NCBI GenBank assembly: GCA_016865865.1
Contig: VGOC01000005.1
Location: forward strand, 1,194 to 65,193
Direction: 5' to 3'
Length of the DNA stretch: 64,000 nucleotides
Origin: Chloroflexota bacterium
GTDB lineage: Bacteria > Chloroflexota > Anaerolineae > Anaerolineales > UBA11858
Shown here: in pieces, positions 11,109 to 19,279 of the stretch
Numbering within the stretch: the stretch's first letter is position 1
Layout: each line of letters starts with the position of its first letter
The notes under the pieces: model-generated
What the model saw: only the letters and a program-made list of their open reading frames with translations
Databases searched by the model: none
What the model was told of the DNA's origin: nothing
Made by a program: the position numbers and the translations under genes

Positions 11109-12029
11109 ATGATGCGAATACTGATAACAGGTACAGGCGGCCTTTTGGGAAGCAACCTCGCTTTAGAAGCCGCCAGCCGCCACACAGTTTTCGGGGTGGA
11201 TAGAAGTTGTCCTCAGAAAACGACTGCTTTCACCCCTATGGTGGCCGACTTGCTAGACCCGGGCGTGGTGGAACGTATCCTGGATGATACTCAACCCGAT
11301 TGGGTGATCCATTGCGCTGCTCAGGCGAACGTGGATGCCTGTGAGCATGATCCAGAGAATGCCCGGAAATTGAATACAGAACTGCCGCGAAAACTGGCGC
11401 ATCATGTCGCCAGGGGCGGAGCGCGCATGTTGCATGTATCCACGGATGCGGTTTTCGATGGACAGAAGGGTGAATATGGCGAGGAAGATCCTCCAAATCC
11501 CCTCAATATTTATGCGCAAACAAAATTAGCTGGGGAATATGGAGTTCTCGAAACATCGCTCGATGCCATCGTAGCCCGGATAAATATCTTTGGGTGGAGT
11601 CCGTCAGGCAGGCGTAGCTTAGCTGAATTTTTCTATAACAACCTGGAAGCCGGTAACCCGATCAAGGGCTTCGTGGATGTTTTATTCTGCCCCTTGTTAG
11701 TGAATGATATAGCCGACCTGTTTCTAAAGATGCTAGATAGGGGATTGAGCGGGTTATATCATGTGGTCAGCAGCGAGAGCATCAGTAAATATGATTTCGG
11801 TGTTGCTATTGCGAGAAGATTCGGCTATGACCCTGATCTCATTACGCCAGTTTCTGTTAGCCAGGCTGGTCTTAAAGCGATCCGCTCTACCAACCTCACC
11901 CTGCGCGTGGATAAACTCATCCACGATTTGGGGGTAGTTCCTCCGGGTTTGTCCCCAGGGATAGATCGGTTTTACACGTTTTATCAACAGGGCTATCCAC
12001 AAATGATACGAACCTTGTGTGCAGAATAA
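11109..12029 (+). CDS. RmlD-substrate-binding-domain reductase (dTDP-4-dehydrorhamnose reductase / FnlB/WbjC-like)
   Basis: Has MMRILITGTGGLLGSNL and YAQTKLAGE. The ATG at 11109 is preferred over GTG at 11076. Confidence 0.75.
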   Translation: MMRILITGTGGLLGSNLALEAASRHTVFGVDRSCPQKTTAFTPMVADLLDPGVVERILDDTQPDWVIHCAAQANVDACEHDPENARKLNTELPRKLAHHVARGGARMLHVSTDAVFDGQKGEYGEEDPPNPLNIYAQTKLAGEYGVLETSLDAIVARINIFGWSPSGRRSLAEFFYNNLEAGNPIKGFVDVLFCPLLVNDIADLFLKMLDRGLSGLYHVVSSESISKYDFGVAIARRFGYDPDLITPVSVSQAGLKAIRSTNLTLRVDKLIHDLGVVPPGLSPGIDRFYTFYQQGYPQMIRTLCAE

Positions 12030-12048
12030 GAATGCAGAGGTCAAAGAT

Positions 12049-13131
12049 ATGAATATTCCCTCCCCTGAAATTACCATAGCTGACCGGAAAGTCGGCCTCA
12101 ATCACCCCACCTATTTCATCGCTGACATCGCCGCCAACCACGATGGCGATCTGGAGCGCGCCAGGTTTCTCATCCGGCTGGCGAAAGAAGCCGGCGCCGA
12201 GGCTGCCAAATTCCAGAATTTCCGCGCCCCCAATATCGTCTCCGATTATGGGTTCAAGTCGTTGGGCGGCCAGCTCTCTCATCAGGCCAGTTGGAAGAAA
12301 AGCGTGTTCGAGGTGTATAGAGATGCCTCGATCCCCTTCGAGTGGACGCCGATCCTCAAAGAGACATGTGACGATGTGGGAATTCACTATTTCTCCTCCC
12401 CATACGACTACGACGCCATTGATATGCTGGCCCCATATGTGCCAGCCTATAAAGCCGGCTCTGGGTTGATGTCGTGGCCTGATGGGCTGGTGCGCATGGC
12501 AAAACTCGGCAAACCCTTGCTGATCGCAACGGGCGCGGCGGATATCAGCGATGTGGTGCGCGCCATGCGGGCGGTGAGGCCGGTCAACGATCAAATTGTA
12601 CTCATGCAGTGCAACACCAATTACACCGCTGCCGACTCGAATTACGATCACCTCAATCTCAATGTGCTCAGGACATATGCCGCCATGTTCCCGGATGTAG
12701 TGTTGGGACTCTCGGATCACACCCACAGCCCGGCGCCGATCGTCGGCGCGATAGCCTTGGGGGCGCGCGTCATCGAACGGCACTTCACCGACGATAACGA
12801 CCGAGAAGGCCCCGACCACAAATTTGCCATGAACCCCGAGAATTGGGCTGAGATGGTTCATCAAGTCCGCACACTCGAGCGCGCATTGGGATCATTCGAC
12901 AAATTCGTCACCGGCAGCGAGCAAGAAACTTACGTGCTCCAACGCCGATGTCTGCGGGCTGCCCGGGAGATCAAGGCTGGCGAAACCATCGCTGAGGATA
13001 TGGTCGAACCCCTGCGCCCTGCCTCTCCAGGCGCGATCATGTCCTGGGAGCTGGACAGACTCGTTGGAAGGAAGGCCCTGGTGGACATGCCGTATGGGAT
13101 GGATATGCGGTGGGAGAATATTGGGGCATGA
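12049..13131 (+). CDS. NeuB/PseI/LegI-family ulosonic (nonulosonic) acid synthase with a SAF domain
   Basis: Has PTYFIADIAANHDGDLERARFLIRLAKEAGAEAAKFQNF, VIERHFT and a C-terminal REIKAGETI (SAF). The ATG at 12049 has a gagg RBS. Confidence 0.85.
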   Translation: MNIPSPEITIADRKVGLNHPTYFIADIAANHDGDLERARFLIRLAKEAGAEAAKFQNFRAPNIVSDYGFKSLGGQLSHQASWKKSVFEVYRDASIPFEWTPILKETCDDVGIHYFSSPYDYDAIDMLAPYVPAYKAGSGLMSWPDGLVRMAKLGKPLLIATGAADISDVVRAMRAVRPVNDQIVLMQCNTNYTAADSNYDHLNLNVLRTYAAMFPDVVLGLSDHTHSPAPIVGAIALGARVIERHFTDDNDREGPDHKFAMNPENWAEMVHQVRTLERALGSFDKFVTGSEQETYVLQRRCLRAAREIKAGETIAEDMVEPLRPASPGAIMSWELDRLVGRKALVDMPYGMDMRWENIGA

Positions 13132-13203
13132 AACGTAAAAAGGTAAACCGTAGAAAGTGATTTCAGTTTCTCGATTACATCTCACGTTTTACGTTTATTC
13201 CAT

Positions 13204-14361
13204 ATGCGTGTCCTTTACTTTACCAGAGACTACACCACCCACGATCACCGGTACCTCTCCGCTTTAGCCAAGACGGAGTACGAAGTTGGATATTTGCGGC
13301 TCGAACATGGGGGGCACGATTTGGATGATCGGCCACTGCCCTCGAAAATCGAGCAAATTTCCTGGATAGGAGGGCGAACGCCTGCCAGGTTGAGTGATGG
13401 GCCGCGGCTGCTTGCCGGTCTTCGAGGGGTGATTCGCTCTTTCAAGCCTGATCTGATTCAAGCCGGCCCCTTGCAGCGTTCTGCTTTCCTGGCAACATTG
13501 ACCGGCTTTCACCCCCTGGTGAGCATGTCGTGGGGTTATGATTTGCTGATGGATGTCAATCGAAACCGTTGGTGGGAGTGGGCTACTCGATATACGCTTC
13601 GACGGAGCGACGCCCTGGTGGGGGACTGTGATACCATTCGTAATCTTGCCATTCGATATGGCATGGCGCCAGAGCGGATCGTTACCTTCCCGTGGGGCGC
13701 GAATATCGAGAAATATTCGCCCGGTGACGATGGCGGGCTGCGCGAACGTTTAGGGTGGGGCGAGGATGCTTTTGTGCTGCTCTCCACCCGAGGTTGGGCG
13801 CCGATCTATGGCATTGATGTCCTGGCCCATGCTTTTATCAGGGCTGCGCGCCAGCGCCCGGAACTACGCCTGCTGATGTTGGGGAATGGGCCGCTGGCGC
13901 CACAAATCCGCCAGATTTTTATGCAGGCGGATTTCCTCGACCGGGTACATTTTCCCGGGCAAATGAACCAGAAGGATCTGCCGAATTATTATCGGGCGGC
14001 AGATTTATACATCAGCGCATCTCACAGCGATGGCGCGTCTATTTCTTTATTGGAAGCCCTGGCCAGTGGCAAGCCTGTACTGCTCTCTGATATTCCTGGG
14101 AATCAGGAGTGGGTATCCCCCTCGTCCCCGGCTCCCGCTTTGCGCGCCGTTGGCGTCTCTCAGGGAGAGGGGAGTCGGGTCGGCTGGTTGTTTCGGGACG
14201 GGGATGTGTCCTCTCTCACCGAAGGCATTCTCGGGGTCGTGGATCATCGGGAGCAGTTACCCGCTATGGGCGTAGCAGCCCGCCAATTGGCAGAATCACG
14301 CGCGAATTGGGAAGAGAACTTCCCAAAACTGTTCGAGGCTTATCGAATCGCTTTTACGTGA
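13204..14361 (+). CDS. GT4-family glycosyltransferase carrying an about 22-aa in-frame insertion
   Basis: ASHSDGASISLLEALASGKPVLLSDIPGNQEWV....GWLFRDGD shows the EX7E region interrupted by SPSSPAPALRAVGVSQGEGSRV. Confidence 0.85.
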   Translation: MRVLYFTRDYTTHDHRYLSALAKTEYEVGYLRLEHGGHDLDDRPLPSKIEQISWIGGRTPARLSDGPRLLAGLRGVIRSFKPDLIQAGPLQRSAFLATLTGFHPLVSMSWGYDLLMDVNRNRWWEWATRYTLRRSDALVGDCDTIRNLAIRYGMAPERIVTFPWGANIEKYSPGDDGGLRERLGWGEDAFVLLSTRGWAPIYGIDVLAHAFIRAARQRPELRLLMLGNGPLAPQIRQIFMQADFLDRVHFPGQMNQKDLPNYYRAADLYISASHSDGASISLLEALASGKPVLLSDIPGNQEWVSPSSPAPALRAVGVSQGEGSRVGWLFRDGDVSSLTEGILGVVDHREQLPAMGVAARQLAESRANWEENFPKLFEAYRIAFT

Positions 14362-14389
14362 TATTTTTAGCCATCGCATGTATGGAGGC

Positions 14390-14502
14390 AACTACTCAGC
14401 CAAACGGAGAAATTCCCGAAAAAAGGGTGTGCGTGGGGGTGCTGCGCACCCCCACGCACACCCTTTTTTCGGGCTAATCCGTTCGATGACTGAGCAGTTA
14501 CG
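14390..14502. mobile_element. 113-nt MITE-like palindromic element, copy A
   Basis: Identical to 61536-61648 except for the 3-nt loop. It has a perfect 28-bp stem, cccgaaaaaagggtgtgcgtgggggtgc / gcacccccacgcacacccttttttcggg, and imperfect outer inverted repeats aact.ctcag. Confidence 0.75.
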
Positions 14503-14516
14503 TATGGAGTGCCGTT

Positions 14517-15287
14517 ATGCTTACGAAAAACGATCTCATCGAAGAATTTCAAACTATTGGTGTAGAAGCCGGCGACTCCTTGCTGGTTCACAGCTCGTAC
14601 AAGTCGTTCGGCGGCGTTGAGGGCGGCCCGCAGATTGTCATAGATGCCCTGTTGGATGTCCTCGGCGACGAAGGCACGCTCATCATGCCGACCTTCAATT
14701 TCGATTTCTGCACAGGAGAACCCTGGGATGCGCGCGAAACGCCTTCCCACATGGGGGTCATCACCGAACTGGTTCGCAAAGACCCTCGCAGCCGCCGCGT
14801 TTTCCACCCCATCTATTCATTTGCTATCATCGGAAAACAGGCTGAATTCTTGACCAGAGAACGCTATAAGAGCAGTTATGGGCGCAATTCATTGTTTGGT
14901 AAACTGCGTGAACTCGACGGCAAGATCATGGTGATCGGTTTGCGTTATAACGACAGCATGACCTTTTTCCATCATGTCGAAGAACTGGAAGGGGTGGATT
15001 ATCGCTATCTAAAAACTTTCACCGGCATGGTCACAGATGAAGATGGCAACACCTATGAAGATTCCTTCCAGATGCTGGTGCGCGATATCGAAAAAGGCGT
15101 GGAAACGATGGTTGACCCTATGGGCGCATTGGCGGAAGAAGCTGGCGTCATCGCCGTGCGCCAGGTCGGTCAGGCGAAAGTCTCTCTCATGAAGGCCAAC
15201 GCGATCTACGACTTCACTGCCCGCGAAATGCGCCGCGACCCCAAATTACTCTATCGCATCGCCTCTCCCGACCAACCAGCCAACTAA
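14517..15287 (+). CDS. AAC(3)-family (Antibiotic_NAT fold) N-acetyltransferase; a sugar N-acetyltransferase is the likely role here
   Basis: LIEEFQTIGVEAGDSLLVHSSYKSFGGVEGGPQIVIDALLDVLGDEGTLIMPTFNF is the typical AAC(3) N-terminus. Confidence 0.8.
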   Translation: MLTKNDLIEEFQTIGVEAGDSLLVHSSYKSFGGVEGGPQIVIDALLDVLGDEGTLIMPTFNFDFCTGEPWDARETPSHMGVITELVRKDPRSRRVFHPIYSFAIIGKQAEFLTRERYKSSYGRNSLFGKLRELDGKIMVIGLRYNDSMTFFHHVEELEGVDYRYLKTFTGMVTDEDGNTYEDSFQMLVRDIEKGVETMVDPMGALAEEAGVIAVRQVGQAKVSLMKANAIYDFTAREMRRDPKLLYRIASPDQPAN

Positions 15288-15303
15288 CAAACTAACCAAC
15301 CCC

Positions 15304-16620
15304 ATGCAACTAAAACCTCTCCTCGAAAGAATCTACCCCCTTCATCGCACACTGGCCTCTGATGGCCTGGATGAAGCCTTGCGTATTGTAGGTGAGGCTA
15401 TGCCCGCCTCGGCGGGTTATGCTATCGAAACCTACAGGCCGGGCGATTCCATCTGGACATGGCGGGTGCCAGAACGCTATGTGGTTCATGATGCATCTCT
15501 CGAAACGGATCGTGGTCAGCGAGTGATCAATTTTGCTCACAACCCGCTTCACATCGTTTCATATTCGCTGCCCGTAGACAGAACACTCACCTGGGACGAA
15601 CTGGAGCCGCATCTTTTCTATTGCGAAGAGCGTCCCTGGGCGATCCCCTGGCACTTCAATTACTACCAGCGAGATTGGGGTTTTTGTCTCTCGAAAGAGG
15701 TATTCGACAATCTCCCGCGGGATGTCCGGTATCGGGCGGTGATCCGCTCGGAGTTTCTTGCAGATCCCAACGATGGCGGCTTTCGTGTGGGGGCGGGAGT
15801 GTTGCACCCCGAGGGTGGGCCTGTTTCCGGGGTTGGAGAATTGCTGATCTCGGCGCATATCTGCCATCCTATGCAGGCCAATGATGACGCCGCTGGGGTG
15901 GTCACAGCGGTCGAAGTTGCCCGGCGGCTGGCCGAAAATCCCTTGCCTCCCGGCTCGATGAGTGTGCGCTTCTGGTTTGGCCCTGAAACCATCGGCACGA
16001 TCGCTTATCTGGCTCACAACGAAGACCTGATCCCCAGGTTGAAGGGCGGCGTCTTCATCGAAATGACCGGCAACAATAACACCATCGCCTGGCACCATAC
16101 CCGTCAGCATACTCATTTATTAGATCGAATTACGCATTACGTTTTACGCAATATGGATCACATCGAGCGCAACTTTGCCGACTTCCCCCCCAATGACGAA
16201 CGCGTCATCAACGGTCCCGGCGTCAATGTTCCCTGCATTTCGATCAATCGCTGGCCTTACGACGAATACCACACCACCGATGACAACCCCGGCATCATCC
16301 ACGAAGAAATGCTCCAGAGCGCAGCCGATATTGTCGAGGAGATCGTGCGCATCTACGCATCCAATTTCATCCCCAAACGAAAATTCCGCGGCCCGCTTTT
16401 CTTATCGGGCAATGATCTCTGGGTGGATTGGCGGGAGAATTTCGATCTCAACCGCTCGTATGAAAAAATCATGATGCGGTTCGAGGGCCAGCACAGCCTC
16501 TTCGATATCGCCGAGGAGGTGGGGTTGGATTACTGGGTCGTGCGTGCGTATGTCGAAAAATATCGAGTGAAGGATTTTATCGAAGCGCTTCCTATCCCCA
16601 GCGAGGCGCCAGATTTTTAA
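15304..16620 (+). CDS. Aminopeptidase-like (M28-like, DUF4910-type) domain protein with a C-terminal winged helix
   Basis: Size and layout fit, with a C-terminal HSLFDIAEEVGLDYWVVRAYVEKY. This family recurs in polysaccharide loci and its function is not established. It contains a heptamer-repeat segment at 16127-16154 (RITHYVLRN). Confidence 0.6.
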   Translation: MQLKPLLERIYPLHRTLASDGLDEALRIVGEAMPASAGYAIETYRPGDSIWTWRVPERYVVHDASLETDRGQRVINFAHNPLHIVSYSLPVDRTLTWDELEPHLFYCEERPWAIPWHFNYYQRDWGFCLSKEVFDNLPRDVRYRAVIRSEFLADPNDGGFRVGAGVLHPEGGPVSGVGELLISAHICHPMQANDDAAGVVTAVEVARRLAENPLPPGSMSVRFWFGPETIGTIAYLAHNEDLIPRLKGGVFIEMTGNNNTIAWHHTRQHTHLLDRITHYVLRNMDHIERNFADFPPNDERVINGPGVNVPCISINRWPYDEYHTTDDNPGIIHEEMLQSAADIVEEIVRIYASNFIPKRKFRGPLFLSGNDLWVDWRENFDLNRSYEKIMMRFEGQHSLFDIAEEVGLDYWVVRAYVEKYRVKDFIEALPIPSEAPDF

Positions 16621-17483
16621 TGTCACATATTGTCGCCATCATTCAAGCTCGCATGAGCGCCTCGCGCCTGCCAGATAAAGTGCTTTTGGATATTGGCGGG
16701 CGACCGATGCTTCAATGGGTGGTCGAGAGAACGTGCCGTGCGAAAACAATCACCCACGTGGTTGTCGCAACAACGACTGATCCATCCGATGATCCTGTAG
16801 CGGAGTTTTGCCAATCCCAAAACATCGCTTTTACCCGCGGCAGCGTGCATGATGTCTTAGATCGCTATTACCTAGCTGCCAGGAAGTTTAAAGCGGGTGT
16901 AGTAGTACGCATCACCGCGGACTGCCCATTGGTCGACCCCGCTCTGATCGATCAGGCTGTCTGCGCTTTATTTACCCCTCCTAACCAGGCGCTAAATACT
17001 GACCACTGTTTACTGACCACTGTCCACTGGGACTTCATCGCCAACCGCCTGCCACAACCCTGGTGGCGCACTTACCCCCTCGGGTTGGATACCGAAGTAT
17101 TCACCTTCGACGCCCTCGAACGGGCGTGGAGGGAAGCCACAGAACTACACCAACGCGAACACGTCACGCCATTTTTCTACGAGGGCATTCCTGTCGAAGA
17201 TTTTCGTTTTTCATCAAACAAAACATCGTTTGTCAAATCCGAATCGCCGCGTGGATTCAAGGTCGGATTGCTTCATCACCATGAAGAACTGGGCCATCAC
17301 CGCTGGACGGTAGATACTCCTGAAGACTTGAAGTTAGTGCGCGAAATCGCGGCGCGGTTTTCCGACGATCACTTTACCTGGTTGGATGTCTTGGCGCTTA
17401 TCGAACGGGAGCCTGGTTTAGCGCAAATCAACGCCGCTGTGCAGCACAAGACTCACTTAGATGTAGATGAACGACCTCGCTGA
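16620..17483 (+). CDS. SpsF-like cytidylyltransferase (CTP_transf_3 family)
   Basis: Has IVAIIQARMSASRLPDKVLLDIGGRPMLQWVVER and RITADCPLVDP. The ATG overlaps the upstream TAA. A period-7 repeat insertion lies at 16997-17031. Confidence 0.8.
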   Translation: MSHIVAIIQARMSASRLPDKVLLDIGGRPMLQWVVERTCRAKTITHVVVATTTDPSDDPVAEFCQSQNIAFTRGSVHDVLDRYYLAARKFKAGVVVRITADCPLVDPALIDQAVCALFTPPNQALNTDHCLLTTVHWDFIANRLPQPWWRTYPLGLDTEVFTFDALERAWREATELHQREHVTPFFYEGIPVEDFRFSSNKTSFVKSESPRGFKVGLLHHHEELGHHRWTVDTPEDLKLVREIAARFSDDHFTWLDVLALIEREPGLAQINAAVQHKTHLDVDERPR

Positions 17484-18399
17484 GAAGATTCCATTCCTGA
17501 CAATCTTCACCGCCCCAAAACCCTTTGCAGACCCTCATATCAACATTATCCAGCGAAATGCGATTCGATCCTGGCAGTGTTTAAGCGGCGATGTCGAGGT
17601 GTTGTTGATCGGCGAAGAAGAAGGTCTGGCCGAGGCGGCAGACGAATTTGACATCCAGCATTTGCCGGATGTCGCCAGGAACGAGTGGGGCACGCCGCTG
17701 GTGAGTTCGATTTTTACGTTGGCCCGAGAGAATAGCCATGCGCCGTTGTTGGCATACGTTAATGCCGATATATTATTGACGCCGGATTTTCTAGAAGTCG
17801 CACGTCAGGTTGCCGAACAGACCGAGAAGTTCTTGATTGTAGGGCGGCGTTGGGATCTGGATGTCCGTTGGGAATTGGCATTCAGCGCAAACTGGGTATC
17901 CGGACTCCGCAAAGAAGTTCGAAGCAAAGGAAAACTGCATGCTCCTTCCGGAAGCGATTATTTCGTTTTCCCCCGGCATGTGTTTACCGAGATCCCTGAC
18001 TTCGCCATTGGGCGGGCAGGCTGGGATAATTGGATGATCTATCATGGTTTACGGCAAGGCTGGCCCGTGATAGATGCATCAGGTTCTCTGATGATTGTCC
18101 ATCAGGTTCATGATTACGGACATCTGCCCGACGGTCAAGCGCATTATGACCTCGAAGAGACGAAAATCAACGCCGAATTGGGAGGGGGAATGCAGAACAT
18201 GTATATGGTTCTCGATGCCAGTCATGAATTCGTCCATGGTCGCGTTCGCAAGGCGCGCTTTCGCCCGGTGGGTTTGGTGCGCAAGCTTGAGCGGTTGTTC
18301 TATTCTCCAGAACAGCAAGGTGTACGCTGGCTACTGACGCGTCGCCTGCGCAGCTTGCGCAAAAAATTGGTTTCGTCGAGCAAGGTGAAGGATGCCTGA
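17467..18399 (+). CDS. Hypothetical protein, possibly a GT-A-like nucleotide-sugar transferase
   Basis: The ORF is translationally coupled on both sides, and ..LLAYVNADILLTPDF.. is a DxD-like region. No family was confidently recognised. Confidence 0.35.
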   Translation: MNDLAEKIPFLTIFTAPKPFADPHINIIQRNAIRSWQCLSGDVEVLLIGEEEGLAEAADEFDIQHLPDVARNEWGTPLVSSIFTLARENSHAPLLAYVNADILLTPDFLEVARQVAEQTEKFLIVGRRWDLDVRWELAFSANWVSGLRKEVRSKGKLHAPSGSDYFVFPRHVFTEIPDFAIGRAGWDNWMIYHGLRQGWPVIDASGSLMIVHQVHDYGHLPDGQAHYDLEETKINAELGGGMQNMYMVLDASHEFVHGRVRKARFRPVGLVRKLERLFYSPEQQGVRWLLTRRLRSLRKKLVSSSKVKDA

Positions 18400-19276
18400 A
18401 GATATAAAACAATGCCCTCTTTGCCATAGCGAGAAGAGTTCTCTATTCGATCGGCGGCAGTTCCGAGGCCATCAGGTTGTCAACTGCCTCTGTGAGAACT
18501 GCGGTCTGGTGTATCAATCCCCTCGCATGACTCCCGCCGAGTTGGATGAATTCTATACGCGTGAGTATCGCCTAGTCTACCAGGGCGCTGAAGGCCCCAC
18601 GCCAAGAGACCTGTTCGTACAGAATAACCGCGCGGCTTCGTTGCTGGAGTTTCTGGCAGCGCAGGATATTCGACCTCAACGCTATCTCGATATCGGCGCC
18701 TCCTCGGGAATTCTATTGCAGCGTTTCACCGAGCGTTTTGGGTGCACTGCCGTGGGTATCGAGCCGGGAGAGGCTTACCGCGCCTACGCTCAGGAAGCTG
18801 ACTTTACAGTGTACGCCGATATCGCCGATCTGCGGGATGCGGGCGAAGCGGCTTTCGACCTGGTCAGCATGGCGCATGTTTTAGAGCATTTGCCCGACCC
18901 GGTGGCTTTCCTCGCTGATTTGCGCGGGGATGTACTGACTCCCTCGGGGGTGATCCTGATCGAGGTGCCTAATCTCTACGCCCACGACAGCTTCGAGATT
19001 GCCCACATGACCAGCTTCAGCGCCCACACTTTACGCCAGGTCCTTGCCCAAGCCGGATATGAGATCATTTTCCTGAAGAAACACGGACGCCCGCGCTCTA
19101 AGCTGCTGCCACTGTATCTGACGGTTTTAGCGCGGCCTGCTTTGAGTTATGAGTTAGGAGTTAGGGGCGAACGTCTTGTCGCTCTCAAACGCCGCGCTGG
19201 GATGCTCCGGCGGCGCGTTTTGACCAAACTTCTTCCCCGTCGAGCCTGGGTCCCAGGGATATACCCTCGAGAGTAG
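18392..19276 (+). CDS. SAM-dependent methyltransferase with an N-terminal Cys4 zinc ribbon
   Basis: Has CPLCHS...CENCG, motif I YLDIGASSG and VSMAHVLEHLPDP. A heptamer-repeat segment lies at 19144-19164. Confidence 0.8.
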   Translation: MPEDIKQCPLCHSEKSSLFDRRQFRGHQVVNCLCENCGLVYQSPRMTPAELDEFYTREYRLVYQGAEGPTPRDLFVQNNRAASLLEFLAAQDIRPQRYLDIGASSGILLQRFTERFGCTAVGIEPGEAYRAYAQEADFTVYADIADLRDAGEAAFDLVSMAHVLEHLPDPVAFLADLRGDVLTPSGVILIEVPNLYAHDSFEIAHMTSFSAHTLRQVLAQAGYEIIFLKKHGRPRSKLLPLYLTVLARPALSYELGVRGERLVALKRRAGMLRRRVLTKLLPRRAWVPGIYPRE

Positions 19277-19279
19277 AAA

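Noticed and set aside
11917-12864. A 315-aa reverse-strand ORF overlapping the NeuB-type gene. Similar long antisense ORFs occur at 24542-25405, 35802-36425, 40826-41575, 49462-50466 and 56257-57141.
   Set aside because: Each lies entirely antisense to a + strand gene with clear family motifs. Their translations are Arg/Gly/His-rich and low in complexity with no recognisable motifs. These are typical shadow ORFs of GC-rich coding sequence.
14109-14620. Track ORFs 14109-14477, 14367-14807(-) and 14378-14620, and likewise 61192-61623 and 61479-61682.
   Set aside because: They are read-throughs of the 113-nt palindromic element. The same KKGVRGG..HPHAHPFFG peptide appears on both strands only because the DNA is a perfect palindrome.
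14517-15287. The AAC(3)-family gene read as an aminoglycoside resistance determinant.
   Set aside because: It is embedded in and co-directional with a sugar-nucleotide pathway and has no mobile-element context, so a sugar or amino-sugar N-acetyltransferase role is more plausible. Resistance cannot be excluded without an assay.
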